Source: a virus. Taken from it: 64,000 bases of DNA. Position numbers and translations under genes: made by a program. The notes under the pieces were generated by a model. It was given only the letters and a program-made list of their open reading frames with translations, was not told where the DNA came from and did no database searches. Positions 53,741 to 63,776 of the stretch are shown here, piece after piece. Location: positions 89,376-153,375 of the IMG/VR virus record IMGVR_UViG_3300049855_000474. One strand, 5' to 3'. The stretch's first letter is position 1. Every line of letters begins with the position of its first letter.

Positions 53741-55072
53741 ATGAAAAACTGGAATCTAGAAGCGGAAGTACAGGCAATGGTGTCTATACTTTCCAGCCCG
53801 AGCGACGAAGTAAAAAACGCATTAATCAATAAAATCAACAAGGATCATTTCGCCTACGCAGACATGATTACTGCTTTTGAGGTGTTCGATAAAGTCATCA
53901 AACAATCAACACATCTACCGACCCTAGAGACCTTCACACAGACGCCAGAAATCACCCCCAGTGTGGTTGAAGCTCTAAAGACCACAAATGTTGAAGTAAT
54001 TACCAAGTTAGATGACGCTAAGCATCTAATCAGCATTCTGGAGTATTACAGAAAAGTCCGCAGAAGTCTAGAGTTGGCAATGACTATTGTTGCCAAAACA
54101 AAACCGGCAGAAGCCAAGCCAGAAATGACGGATATCGTTCTGGACGTAGAGACCGCTCTCAGTAGTCTCAACCAAGGCACAGCTGACCAAAAGATTACAC
54201 ATTTCGGTATGGGTCACAATGCCGACCACTTGATTGAGAATCTTCTCAACGGAGAACAACCCAAGCTAGTACCTAGTACTTTCATCAACTTCGATATTAA
54301 GGTAGGTGGTTTTGGTTGTACGGACTTCGTAATTCTAGCTTCCCATGCTAAGGGAGGTAAAAGTATTACTGCCCTCAATATGATCAAAAACCAGTACCTT
54401 CTCCACAACTTGAACGTGGCACTAGTATCCATGGAGATGAAAGAGGAAGAGGTCGTAGAAAGACTCCTGTCTTCACTTACAGGAATCGAACATCATAAGA
54501 TTCGTACCCGTACCTTCAACAAGCTAGAAGCAGAAAAGCTTAGGTTCGAGTGGAAAAGGTTCGAAGAACATGGAAAGAAGAACAATTGTAGGTTCACTAT
54601 CTGGGATACAATTCCTGGGCTAACCACTCAGGAAATCAAGCTGGAGTTCAAAAGCAGAGGTTACGACGTAATATGTATCGATTACATCAATCTCATGGGT
54701 ACTTCCGATAAAAAGCTAGCTGATTGGGAACGTTTATCTGTGTTAGGGCGTGAGCTGAAGCAGCTGACCAAGGAGTTGACTGCCCTAGTCATAGCTCCAA
54801 CACAAATGAATGATGACGGCGATGTAAGGTATTCTAAAGCCTTGAAAGAGCACGCCAATACTATCTGGAGATGGTTTTACAAGGAAGAACAACGAGCTAC
54901 CCATCAGATACGAGTAGATCAGCTAGTAGTCCGTGGATGGGAGGCGTTTCCATTTATGCTCCGTGAGGACTTTAACAGGTCTCAGATTATGGATGGATCG
55001 GCTACAGTACCAGAAAAAGAAGAAGGCAATAAAAGGAAAGAAGAACTTAAGAGAATGTACAAGGACGACTAG
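53741..55072 (+). CDS. dnaB: DnaB-like replicative helicase
   Basis: EAE..., ASHAKGGKS, SMEM, IDYINLM, LKQLTKEL...PTQMN. Confidence 0.92.
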   Translation: MKNWNLEAEVQAMVSILSSPSDEVKNALINKINKDHFAYADMITAFEVFDKVIKQSTHLPTLETFTQTPEITPSVVEALKTTNVEVITKLDDAKHLISILEYYRKVRRSLELAMTIVAKTKPAEAKPEMTDIVLDVETALSSLNQGTADQKITHFGMGHNADHLIENLLNGEQPKLVPSTFINFDIKVGGFGCTDFVILASHAKGGKSITALNMIKNQYLLHNLNVALVSMEMKEEEVVERLLSSLTGIEHHKIRTRTFNKLEAEKLRFEWKRFEEHGKKNNCRFTIWDTIPGLTTQEIKLEFKSRGYDVICIDYINLMGTSDKKLADWERLSVLGRELKQLTKELTALVIAPTQMNDDGDVRYSKALKEHANTIWRWFYKEEQRATHQIRVDQLVVRGWEAFPFMLREDFNRSQIMDGSATVPEKEEGNKRKEELKRMYKDD

Positions 55073-55129
55073 AAGGGAAAGCTTGCCAAGCTCAAGAAGT
55101 TCAGGTACTATATAGGACTGGGTAAGCTT

Positions 55130-55516
55130 ATGACCTTCCGTAGTAATGATCCAAAACTGAAACGCGAATTTGAAAAGCGCAGGTTGGTTGTTATCAATAG
55201 ACAGCCTATACCTGCCAGCGATATTTGCGCGCATTGTTGGTACCAATCAAAGTGTGTAGTTCGGACTCTCCGAGGAGATAAACCTCACACCTGTTGTGTA
55301 TACTCACTTTTTACGAAAGAAAGCAAAAGCAGCTTCTCGCTGGAGGAGACAGTCGCTTACACCTGCGATACGAAGTGCGTTGAAAGACAAGCTTGGAAGG
55401 GCGATCCCGTCCCACATGACTCAAGCTACTGTAAAGATCACTGCCCTGTGTCAAAGTTCATAAAGAACGAAAAATCTAGTAATGAAATAGACGTTCCAAA
55501 AAGTGGAGATTATTGA
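55130..55516 (+). CDS. Cys-rich hypothetical protein
   Basis: CAHC and multiple other Cys. Confidence 0.6.
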   Translation: MTFRSNDPKLKREFEKRRLVVINRQPIPASDICAHCWYQSKCVVRTLRGDKPHTCCVYSLFTKESKSSFSLEETVAYTCDTKCVERQAWKGDPVPHDSSYCKDHCPVSKFIKNEKSSNEIDVPKSGDY

Positions 55517-56595
55517 TGAATTTCGACGTTGAAAGCAGAACAATCCTCCTTGTAAGACATGGAAGCCATGCTTACGGCTTAGCCACACCGGCTAGCGATG
55601 TGGACCAGAAGGGTGTCTGTATAGAGCCCAAAGCGTACCACCTAGGATTCTTGCAGCACTTCGAGCAGCAAGAGCGGTTAGCCAACAAAGGACATGAGGT
55701 AGATTCCGTAATCTATTCCTTGAAGAAGTTTGTTCGCTTGGCTGCTGAGTGCAATCCAAACATCATTGAGGTTCTTCATGTATCCGAGGAAGATGTCCTG
55801 AAGATGGATAGCTTTGGTCAAAGATTGCGCGACCATAGAAACGACTTCATGTCTCGAAAGGCTATGCACACGTTCAGCGGATACGCATTTTCGCAGATAA
55901 AAAGGATAAAATCGCACCGCCAGTGGTTGCTGCGTCCGCCTACACACAAACCTACTAGGACAGAATTTCAGCTCCCGGAACAGACCAAGGTATCACCAGA
56001 CCAATTGGAAGCGGCTCTATCTGCTGTCAAAAAGAAGCTACAGCACTGGAAGCTGGAGGACATGTCGGATATAGAACCAGCTATCCGTCTCCTGTATCAA
56101 GAGACGTTAGCCGAGGTAACAGCCGAGATGAAGCTTTCGGCTGAAGAAATGTGGAAGGCGGCTGCTCGAAGCATTGGATTTGAGGAGAATTTCCTTCAGC
56201 TCCTTAATAAGGAACGGGCTTACAGGCATGAGACAGCCAATTGGAACAGCTATCAGGAATGGCTCAAAACTCGTAATCCCGCCAGAGCAAAACTAGAAAT
56301 GAAGTATTCGTATGACACGAAGCACGGATCCCATTGCCTCAGATTAATGCGAATGTGCAAAGAAATTTTGGAAGGTAAAGGCGTCATCGTAAAGCGTCCT
56401 GACGCTGAGGAGCTTCTTGCGGTAAAGCTGCACGGAACAATGAGATACGATGACCTCATGGAAGAAACCGAAAGACTCATCGGAGAATGCAAGCAATTGT
56501 ATAATATCTCACCGCTTCCACATTCACCAGATCGTAATATGCTAGACAGACTAGTGGTCGAGATGACAGAGCAATATCTGTCTCAATACGGCTGA
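55513..56595 (+). CDS. Pol-beta superfamily nucleotidyltransferase (YcgL/RlaP-like)
   Basis: GSHAYGLATPASDVD.KG, NPNIIEVL, YDTKHGSHCLRL. Confidence 0.88.
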   Translation: MMNFDVESRTILLVRHGSHAYGLATPASDVDQKGVCIEPKAYHLGFLQHFEQQERLANKGHEVDSVIYSLKKFVRLAAECNPNIIEVLHVSEEDVLKMDSFGQRLRDHRNDFMSRKAMHTFSGYAFSQIKRIKSHRQWLLRPPTHKPTRTEFQLPEQTKVSPDQLEAALSAVKKKLQHWKLEDMSDIEPAIRLLYQETLAEVTAEMKLSAEEMWKAAARSIGFEENFLQLLNKERAYRHETANWNSYQEWLKTRNPARAKLEMKYSYDTKHGSHCLRLMRMCKEILEGKGVIVKRPDAEELLAVKLHGTMRYDDLMEETERLIGECKQLYNISPLPHSPDRNMLDRLVVEMTEQYLSQYG

Positions 56596-56641
56596 ATCAT
56601 GTAAATACTGACCATATAGTTAGAGAAATTGAAGGTTTAAG

Positions 56642-57712
56642 ATGAAGTTAACGACAAGTACAGAGGCTCTGAAGAAAGCGATGGTTTCAGTCCAAGCTCT
56701 TATCTCAGAACATCAAGTCATTCTGAAAGCTGATAAAGGCTCCAATATTCTTACTATCGAAGCTGGGTCAGATGGTGCCTATCTTCGACAGAAGATTCCT
56801 GCTTCTGTGACTGAGGCTGGTGAGGTTGTCATAAACAGCACGTACATTAGTTCGCTACAGCTTGCCGAAAAGGTAGAATTATCAACAGTGAATGATAGCT
56901 CTATGAGCTTTACTTCTGGTACTATGAGCGGTGTTCTTCAAACACATCAAGCGGTCCAGAAGATAGCAGATCAACGTCCATTGAACGATATTCCTATCCA
57001 GATAGAGTTGTCTAAGGATATTGTGACAAAGTCTATAGCAAAGTCTAATTTCAATTCGGCTCTGACACAGACGCAAGAGGGCTTGCGAGTAAAGATCGAT
57101 GCCAATATTGCAGTCAGTATTACGGACAGCTATCGATGTTCCTTGTACAAGGAAAAGCTACCATTCCACAAGACTACCATTGATTTTCAGATCAAGCCTA
57201 CTATGTTGTCTCTTGCCGTATCAAAGGTCGAGGAGCAAGAGGTTTGGTTTGGTTTGGGTAAGGGCTTGATTAAGATCGCGTCTCCTTCGTTCGAGTTTTA
57301 TCACCCTACTATGCAAAGCGAGCCTACAGACGTAGAAGCTTGGTTGGAATCTATTGATCATAATACTCGTCTAGGAGAGATTACTACTAATGTTCAGGAT
57401 TTAATTAAAACACTCAGTGCTGTTACCAGCATCACCGGGGGTCCTGGGGCGGATGTAAAACTTATTTGTGCTATCAAAGGAAACGTACTACATGTAGAGG
57501 TAGCAGCTGCTCATGGGTCGGCTAAAGCCGATCTACAACTCATTGAGTCTTCCTGTGATGATTACAAGGTTGTACTTCACAGCAAGTACACAACAGAAAT
57601 GCTGTCTCTAATTAAAGATGGAGTTGTAAATATTGGACTTTACGAAGATATTATCATACTTTCCTCAGGTGATGGCAAATGCACAAACGTAGTCCCGACA
57701 GTCTCGATCTAA
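56642..57712 (+). CDS. DNA sliding clamp (beta-clamp-like)
   Basis: 356 aa, three-domain beta-clamp pattern, TDSYR motif. Confidence 0.7.
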   Translation: MKLTTSTEALKKAMVSVQALISEHQVILKADKGSNILTIEAGSDGAYLRQKIPASVTEAGEVVINSTYISSLQLAEKVELSTVNDSSMSFTSGTMSGVLQTHQAVQKIADQRPLNDIPIQIELSKDIVTKSIAKSNFNSALTQTQEGLRVKIDANIAVSITDSYRCSLYKEKLPFHKTTIDFQIKPTMLSLAVSKVEEQEVWFGLGKGLIKIASPSFEFYHPTMQSEPTDVEAWLESIDHNTRLGEITTNVQDLIKTLSAVTSITGGPGADVKLICAIKGNVLHVEVAAAHGSAKADLQLIESSCDDYKVVLHSKYTTEMLSLIKDGVVNIGLYEDIIILSSGDGKCTNVVPTVSI

Positions 57713-58065
57713 AACTATGGTATAATATACCGGAGTGGTGTATAGCTAAAACCAGCGATAATGTTTATGCAATTAGAGTTGGGCATGCGGTGACAGAACC
57801 TAAGATCGTTACAAGTTACGAAGATGAAAATATCAAATTATGTATTTTCAATGCGGAAACAAAACCTGTACTAGGTTACACTATATACACCAAGAAGACT
57901 TTCAATGTTATAAGAAGGGATTGGTATCTTTCTCTCATAGATCCTACCGTAGAAAACCATCATACACCAGCTATAATATACAAAGATGCTGAGGTATTTC
58001 TACGTAAGTTCAACGGAAAAGAAAATGCCAGCTACTGGCTTACATTGCGCTGGAGAACAACGTAA
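57679..58065 (+). CDS. hypothetical protein
   Basis: ORF in run; start uncertain. Confidence 0.5.
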   Translation: MHKRSPDSLDLKLWYNIPEWCIAKTSDNVYAIRVGHAVTEPKIVTSYEDENIKLCIFNAETKPVLGYTIYTKKTFNVIRRDWYLSLIDPTVENHHTPAIIYKDAEVFLRKFNGKENASYWLTLRWRTT

Positions 58066-58079
58066 CTCAAGGATAGCTT

Positions 58080-58871
58080 ATGACATCTTACGTAATTGAC
58101 ATAGAAGCAGTACCCTACCTACCAGTATATGACCCATGGAAAGCTAATAATAAGGACAAAGATTTTGTTCCTGCTTTTGCTTGCAAGATTGTAACATTAG
58201 GCTACGCAAAGTTATCCCCAAGTTTTTCCCTAGAGAAACTTGGGGTGGCTTGCGTTAACGAGACAGAAAAAGAAGGTCTAGAAGTATTCTCAGCAGCAGT
58301 AGCTACGAACAACGCTTCTCTGGTGACCTGGAACGGTAGATCTTACGACCTACCACTTATCTCATATCGCTGTCTACACTACGGTGTTCCTCTACAGTGG
58401 TATCACGAAGAACGTTCCGATTACCGAAACCGCTACAAGACAACCAAGCATTTTGATATGCTTGATTACATTTCAGACTACGGGCAAACTAGACCAAGCC
58501 TAAACTATATAGCGAAGTTGATAGGTCTACCAGGTAAAATGGATGCAAAAGGTTCAGAAGTCGAACAACTGTATAACGATGGAAAGCTTGAGGAAATTGT
58601 AAGCTATTGCACTACTGACGTTTTACAGGAGTATATTATTCTTCTTCGTATTTTGCTTACAAGAGGTACTATTACCCCAAGTCATTACAAAAGTCTAATA
58701 GAGACTACCTTCAAGAGTATTCAATCTGAAGGTAATTTAGAGTTATCTAGGCAACTCCCTAATAAAACACTTCTCAGTAATAGCATAGAAAAAGCTTCTA
58801 CATTGGCTATTGCTAAGGGTTGCCGTACACTGCTAAGTAACTGGGATCACAAGCAAGCTTTGGAGATTTAA
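58080..58871 (+). CDS. stand-alone 3'-5' exonuclease (PolB-exo2-like DEDDy)
   Basis: DIE, LVTWNGRSYDLP, HFDMLD, GLPGK, YCTTDV. Confidence 0.88.
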   Translation: MTSYVIDIEAVPYLPVYDPWKANNKDKDFVPAFACKIVTLGYAKLSPSFSLEKLGVACVNETEKEGLEVFSAAVATNNASLVTWNGRSYDLPLISYRCLHYGVPLQWYHEERSDYRNRYKTTKHFDMLDYISDYGQTRPSLNYIAKLIGLPGKMDAKGSEVEQLYNDGKLEEIVSYCTTDVLQEYIILLRILLTRGTITPSHYKSLIETTFKSIQSEGNLELSRQLPNKTLLSNSIEKASTLAIAKGCRTLLSNWDHKQALEI

Positions 58872-58875
58872 GGCT

Positions 58876-59106
58876 ATGTCTAGGACAAACGAAAAAACAA
58901 TGGAAATTATTGAGAATGCCTGTACAAAGCTTAAAACAAGTGCAGACAAGCTCAGAGAAGCTGCTAAAGAGCTAAAGGATTCCCAAGATCTCTTGCAGAA
59001 AGCTTTGAACAAGCTAGGACGAGCGGCAGCTAGCAAGCTTCCACCAGATCCCGTACCTGCAAGAGTTTATAAGACTTCTGCTTCGAAGAAGGGGCAGCCA
59101 AATTGA
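58876..59106 (+). CDS. hypothetical protein
   Basis: ORF in run. Confidence 0.55.
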   Translation: MSRTNEKTMEIIENACTKLKTSADKLREAAKELKDSQDLLQKALNKLGRAAASKLPPDPVPARVYKTSASKKGQPN

Positions 59107-59242
59107 TAGACTTAAAAAGAGTCGAAGACATAAAAAAGAGTATCAACGAACGCCTCAAAAATCTCAATATAGAGATTGAAGTTGATGCGAATTTCATTAT
59201 GATGCTCAGTCTTCTTCTAGAAGAGCTAAAGGACTCTAAAAA

Positions 59243-59545
59243 ATGACTGATCATCCTACATTAGTAGCTATATGGACAAAGCTACGAGAAAAAAGAAATG
59301 TTATCGCTTTCGTGGATACTACTAATTCAGAGGAGGATATCAAACCAATGTTAGATTGGTTTGAGCCTATTACAGAATGTTCCCTAAGCCAAGGAGAGAT
59401 CCAACTGCAAAATGGAACATTTCTAATTTTCAGACAGATCACAAATACAATGCCAGTACTAGATCCTAGAGTAGTCGGTGACTACGAAGTAATAGTTATA
59501 AACAACGAGACCTGCGCACAGATCGTACAAGGATTAAAAGAATGA
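59243..59545 (+). CDS. hypothetical protein
   Basis: ORF in run. Confidence 0.6.
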   Translation: MTDHPTLVAIWTKLREKRNVIAFVDTTNSEEDIKPMLDWFEPITECSLSQGEIQLQNGTFLIFRQITNTMPVLDPRVVGDYEVIVINNETCAQIVQGLKE

Positions 59546-60129
59546 CTTTCGATGAAGATGATGTTTGGGTGCTCCGTATAGCTCGGTATCGAGCCGAAGA
59601 GCCAATCCCTACAGTCCTTGCCCAGATAAACAAGCCTAGGTTCGTACTAGATAATACAATAGAGACGGAACTAAAGGGTTACTTTATCTTCTCCCAGAAA
59701 GCAGAGGATAAGCCTCGAAGTATTAGAGGTCCCGCTGACCTTGAGGTAGCTTTGCAGGTATTCGAAGAAGTACAGATGATTAAGGATCGTGTTTGCGAGA
59801 TCTTGATGATCTCTCAGCGTATCTCCAAAGATCTGGAACGTCTCTGGGATGTGGCACGTGTTCATATTGTTCTTAAACCAGAGGTCGCATCGGCTAAGAG
59901 CGATGCTGTGCGACTAGCGGTAGTCGCTAGAACGGTCCCTGAACTAGAGGACATAATGTCCAAGGTAAAAACCAATGTAACTTCCTCCGAGCTTTTGGTG
60001 AAGAATTTGAATAAAACCTACGATATCATGGCTGCCCAGGTGGATACAATCAAGCAAATGATGTATTGGAGGAATTTAGCACTCCCTAATGCCGGAGAGA
60101 AACCAACTTCACTGAAATTCGAGCGTTGA
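59542..60129 (+). CDS. hypothetical helical protein
   Basis: Coupled ORF. Confidence 0.65.
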   Translation: MTFDEDDVWVLRIARYRAEEPIPTVLAQINKPRFVLDNTIETELKGYFIFSQKAEDKPRSIRGPADLEVALQVFEEVQMIKDRVCEILMISQRISKDLERLWDVARVHIVLKPEVASAKSDAVRLAVVARTVPELEDIMSKVKTNVTSSELLVKNLNKTYDIMAAQVDTIKQMMYWRNLALPNAGEKPTSLKFER

Positions 60130-60130
60130 T

Positions 60131-60655
60131 ATGTCAAAAGTAGAAAAACAAGAAGAGTTGGATATCGATAAAAATCAACTTGCCGTACTTAGGAAGCAAA
60201 CAGATATTCTAGAACGCTACGAAGGAAAAATCCAAAGCCTACTCCAAGATCGTCTGGACGATAATATTACGGAAGAAGATTGGGGAGATAGACAAGAGGA
60301 CCTTCGAAAGTCTTTCCTCCGGGAATTTAATGAGGTCAATGCGGAGATTGATAATTCCACGCAAGAAATACATTTCCGCAACGTACTATACAAAGCTACC
60401 TTGGATCAAATTAAGCGATGCTTTGGTTACTACAACGCTCTAACTGACCTCGACAGCAAAATCAAACAGTACAATATGGAACTGAATGACCAGGTCCTCG
60501 AGAATGACCCAAAGTCACAGCTCTCCCTTATTATGAAGCTAGAACATGTAAAACTCACAGCTACAATGGCTGAGGCTCTCGGGTTGCCAGTCAAGTGGTC
60601 CAACAAGATCGTAGAGCACACAATCGATAAGCTATTTGCGAGTCACAAAAAATGA
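60131..60655 (+). CDS. hypothetical helical protein
   Basis: ORF in run. Confidence 0.65.
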   Translation: MSKVEKQEELDIDKNQLAVLRKQTDILERYEGKIQSLLQDRLDDNITEEDWGDRQEDLRKSFLREFNEVNAEIDNSTQEIHFRNVLYKATLDQIKRCFGYYNALTDLDSKIKQYNMELNDQVLENDPKSQLSLIMKLEHVKLTATMAEALGLPVKWSNKIVEHTIDKLFASHKK

Positions 60656-61230
60656 CAACGGTTTACTGCAATTATGCTCTGATAGACCAGACGGAAGAAC
60701 CCGATTGGGTTCAAATGCTACTTCTTCTACAAAAGGAGAAGGCAATCGATAACCTAGAGTTATACCGACCCTTCATTCCTCTAACGAGCCAGAAGCTGCA
60801 GTCTTTCATAGAAACCTCAGAAAAAGGTAACGAAAAGTTACTCTATACCCAAAACTTGGTAGGGCTGAGTCAAGTGTTTGAAACATGGTATAAGCAAACA
60901 GATAAAACAAGACCTGATTACCACGACATTGCAGGTGCAGAGAACTTAGGTAGAGAATTTTCTCATACACATATTCTTAAAGATTTTTGGGTATTGTCCA
61001 AATGCGATATTGTTATAACCGACTACAATGTGGCTGATCAGGCTACCAAAGATTCCTTACATATGCTAGGTAGAATGATGGGACTACGGACTATAGGAGT
61101 CTGTGACAGGTTCCTAATCAGCCCCTGGGCTCAGATGCTTAACGACTTCACTGTAACCACACCCGCATTACCAGAGCTTCTAGAGATGGCGATTAGTAAG
61201 GTAGCAAAGAGAGAAACCAATGGCATATAG
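60652..61230 (+). CDS. hypothetical protein, possible nucleoside deoxyribosyltransferase-like fold
   Basis: KDFWVLSKCDIVITD motif; weak. Confidence 0.4.
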   Translation: MTTVYCNYALIDQTEEPDWVQMLLLLQKEKAIDNLELYRPFIPLTSQKLQSFIETSEKGNEKLLYTQNLVGLSQVFETWYKQTDKTRPDYHDIAGAENLGREFSHTHILKDFWVLSKCDIVITDYNVADQATKDSLHMLGRMMGLRTIGVCDRFLISPWAQMLNDFTVTTPALPELLEMAISKVAKRETNGI

Positions 61231-62041
61231 CTGCAAAATACTGGCTGATTCAGTTAATCCATACGATTGTCGATTAACAACGTTTGAAATAACCTACCCT
61301 AGAATGGTATTAGCAGAGCTGAATACGCACAGAGTATTCAGCAGGAATGCTGCTAGTTCTCGCGCAATTCCAGTACAGAAGCTGATAGACCGTGTAGAAA
61401 CAGATCCGGTTATGCCTGTTTGGTGGGGGAAAAATCAACCGGGAATGTCGGCTAAAGAAGAGCTGACAGGTGAGGAGCTGCGTCTAGCGAAAGAAGCCTG
61501 GCTTATTGCCCGTGATAATGCTGTGATTAATGCTAAACGCATGCTCGACATCGGAATGCATAAGCAGATCGTCAATAGGCTTCTCGAGCCTTGGATGTGG
61601 GTGACCAATATCCTGACAGCTACGGAATTCAACAATTTCTACGCCCTCCGCTGCCATCCGGATGCACAACCTGAAATCAAGGTTATTGCAGAAATGATGA
61701 GGGAGACTCAAGCCAAAAGTACTCCTACTTATCTCGAAAGCGATGAATGGCACTTACCCTTAGTTCCTGATTTCGAAGAATTAAAGGCAGCAGGATACGA
61801 TATCGATGATATCGTCAAAATTGCTTGTGGTCGAGCTGCACGAGTGAGTTACCTAACGCATGACGGGAAAAGGGAGCCCAGCGCAGATATAGAACTTCAC
61901 GATAAGCTCCAAACCTCAGGGCATATGTCACCCTTCGAACATTGCGCTATGTCTCAATCTAGTGACTATTTCTACGGCAACCTACGCGGTTTCAAACAAT
62001 ATCGCAAGTTTTTGTCTAACGAAGCAGAGTTCCAAGGATAG
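61220..62041 (+). CDS. thyX: FAD-dependent thymidylate synthase
   Basis: AELNTHRVFSRNAASSRAIP, HKQIVNRLLEP, LRCHPDAQPEI, HMSPFEH. Confidence 0.93.
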   Translation: MAYSCKILADSVNPYDCRLTTFEITYPRMVLAELNTHRVFSRNAASSRAIPVQKLIDRVETDPVMPVWWGKNQPGMSAKEELTGEELRLAKEAWLIARDNAVINAKRMLDIGMHKQIVNRLLEPWMWVTNILTATEFNNFYALRCHPDAQPEIKVIAEMMRETQAKSTPTYLESDEWHLPLVPDFEELKAAGYDIDDIVKIACGRAARVSYLTHDGKREPSADIELHDKLQTSGHMSPFEHCAMSQSSDYFYGNLRGFKQYRKFLSNEAEFQG

Positions 62042-62143
62042 TAGTCTTATGAGATGCTATCATAATAGTTACTTCCCTTATCTACAAGCATCCAAACGTC
62101 CTACAGGACTATTCTAATGGTTGTTCAATGAAAAGGAATAGAA

Positions 62144-63130
62144 ATGAAACTTTGCACTAAATGCAAAGATATAAAAAATGTAGAAAATTTTCATAACGAT
62201 AGAAGCAGAAAAGACGGCAAGTATCCATGGTGTAAGAGTTGTGTAAGAGATTGGAATATAAATAATAGTTCCAACCCACACTACAAAGAATATAAAACTA
62301 AGTATCAGCGAGAATACGCCAAACGTCCTGAACGCCGTCAACAAATAGCAGCATACCAACAAACAGAAGCGGGGAAACGATGTAAACGTCGGTCCAAACT
62401 GAAACAAAAATACAGCCTCGATGAGGCTACCTACAATTTCATACTAAAGTCTCAGAAAAATGCCTGCGCAGTATGTCGGAATCCTTTAACTATAACCAAG
62501 CACACGCACATAGATCACTGTCATACAACAGGCATAATCAGAGGAATTTTATGTAACCATTGCAACAGAGCATTAGGTGCGGTCAAAGACAGTACGCTGA
62601 TACTACGAAACCTAATCAACTACCTAGACACAACTCTAGACAAACGAATAATTCCAGTAGTTGTAGAGAGCCCGTATAAAGGTAATATATACATTAACCG
62701 CGCGTATGCTCGACAATGTCTGCGAGACTGCCTATTTCGAGGTGAAAGCCCATTTGCTTCGCATCTGATATACACGCAGAGTGGTGTTCTTGATGACTCT
62801 ATAGAAGAAGAACGAAATCTAGGCATAGAAGCAGGTCTGGAATGGGGAAAATTTGCTGCCAAGACAATTGTGTATACAGACCTTGGCGTTTCCATCGGAA
62901 TGCAGTATGGAATAAATAGAGCCCAAAATGAAGGAAGGATGGTTGAATACCGAACATTACCAGACTGGAAAGAACCTTCAATAGAAGATGCTGCCAAAAT
63001 AGCCTACCAAGCCTACGGAGACACTACCGATTGGAAGAATTATCTAGGTCTTCCTATGCCTCTATGGGCACAGTTACCAGACAAGATCCGAGAAGCTTGG
63101 GTAGCTGCGGCTAAAGCACTTACTAAATAA
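62144..63130 (+). CDS. endonuclease VII-type HNH nuclease fused to a conserved ESPY.G domain of unknown function
   Basis: CTKC..CKSC; CAVC..HIDHCH..RGILC..CN; then VVVESPYKG..YAR.C..D...GESPFASH.IYTQ..LDD...ER..GI.AG. Confidence 0.85.
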   Translation: MKLCTKCKDIKNVENFHNDRSRKDGKYPWCKSCVRDWNINNSSNPHYKEYKTKYQREYAKRPERRQQIAAYQQTEAGKRCKRRSKLKQKYSLDEATYNFILKSQKNACAVCRNPLTITKHTHIDHCHTTGIIRGILCNHCNRALGAVKDSTLILRNLINYLDTTLDKRIIPVVVESPYKGNIYINRAYARQCLRDCLFRGESPFASHLIYTQSGVLDDSIEEERNLGIEAGLEWGKFAAKTIVYTDLGVSIGMQYGINRAQNEGRMVEYRTLPDWKEPSIEDAAKIAYQAYGDTTDWKNYLGLPMPLWAQLPDKIREAWVAAAKALTK

Positions 63131-63131
63131 G

Positions 63132-63160
63132 TTGACAAAGTAGCAAAAAAGCCATAGTAT
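63132..63160 (+). promoter_or_regulatory. sigma-70-type promoter
   Basis: TTGACA-17 nt-TAGTAT. Confidence 0.7.
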
Positions 63161-63168
63161 GGACAGAA

Positions 63169-63333
63169 ATGATATCCAACAAAACTCTAATACTTCTCAT
63201 AACAGCTATACTAAGCGTAATCTTAGCAGCAAGATACGACGTCCAAGGCACAATAGGAGTAGTTTCCGGGTTGATAGCCGGAAGCTCCTCCCTATGGCTA
63301 TTTATGGATTTTGTCGATAATTCAAGCAAGTAA
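63169..63333 (+). CDS. small two-TM membrane protein (near-leaderless)
   Basis: MISNKTLILLITAILSVILAA...; ATG about 8 nt after the -10 box. Confidence 0.55.
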   Translation: MISNKTLILLITAILSVILAARYDVQGTIGVVSGLIAGSSSLWLFMDFVDNSSK

Positions 63334-63341
63334 AGGAATGT

Positions 63342-63776
63342 ATGAAGAAAAATACCACTGAGACAGGCAGATTCAGCAGCCAAGAACCAAATTTGCAGAA
63401 ACTACCACCCAGAAATAGCAACCTAAAGGAGTTGTATCAACAGTTTGTAGATAAGCAAGAGCCTATGCTGCATGCTGATTATTCCCAAACAGAGATACGA
63501 GCCATACAAGCAATAGAGTCATTACCACTACAATCCGATTACTCCCAAACAGAACTAAGAGTTATCGGTGAGTCAGGCATTCCTCTTTCAGGCGAGCCCA
63601 ATCATAGTAACAAGGATCTCATCGAACAATTCCAGGCACGCCTTAACAAAATTCTAGAAGCAGGTCGAAAGAAAGCTAAAAAACAGACCAAGAGTGGACG
63701 TTCTTCAGAGAAGAACCTAGACGATCGTCGAAGCAAGGCTAAAGCTTCCAGGAAGGCTAGGAAAGCCAGCCGATAA
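63342..63776 (+). CDS. hypothetical protein with two PolA motif-A-like repeats and a basic tail
   Basis: ADYSQTEIR and SDYSQTELR 20 aa apart. Confidence 0.65.
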   Translation: MKKNTTETGRFSSQEPNLQKLPPRNSNLKELYQQFVDKQEPMLHADYSQTEIRAIQAIESLPLQSDYSQTELRVIGESGIPLSGEPNHSNKDLIEQFQARLNKILEAGRKKAKKQTKSGRSSEKNLDDRRSKAKASRKARKASR

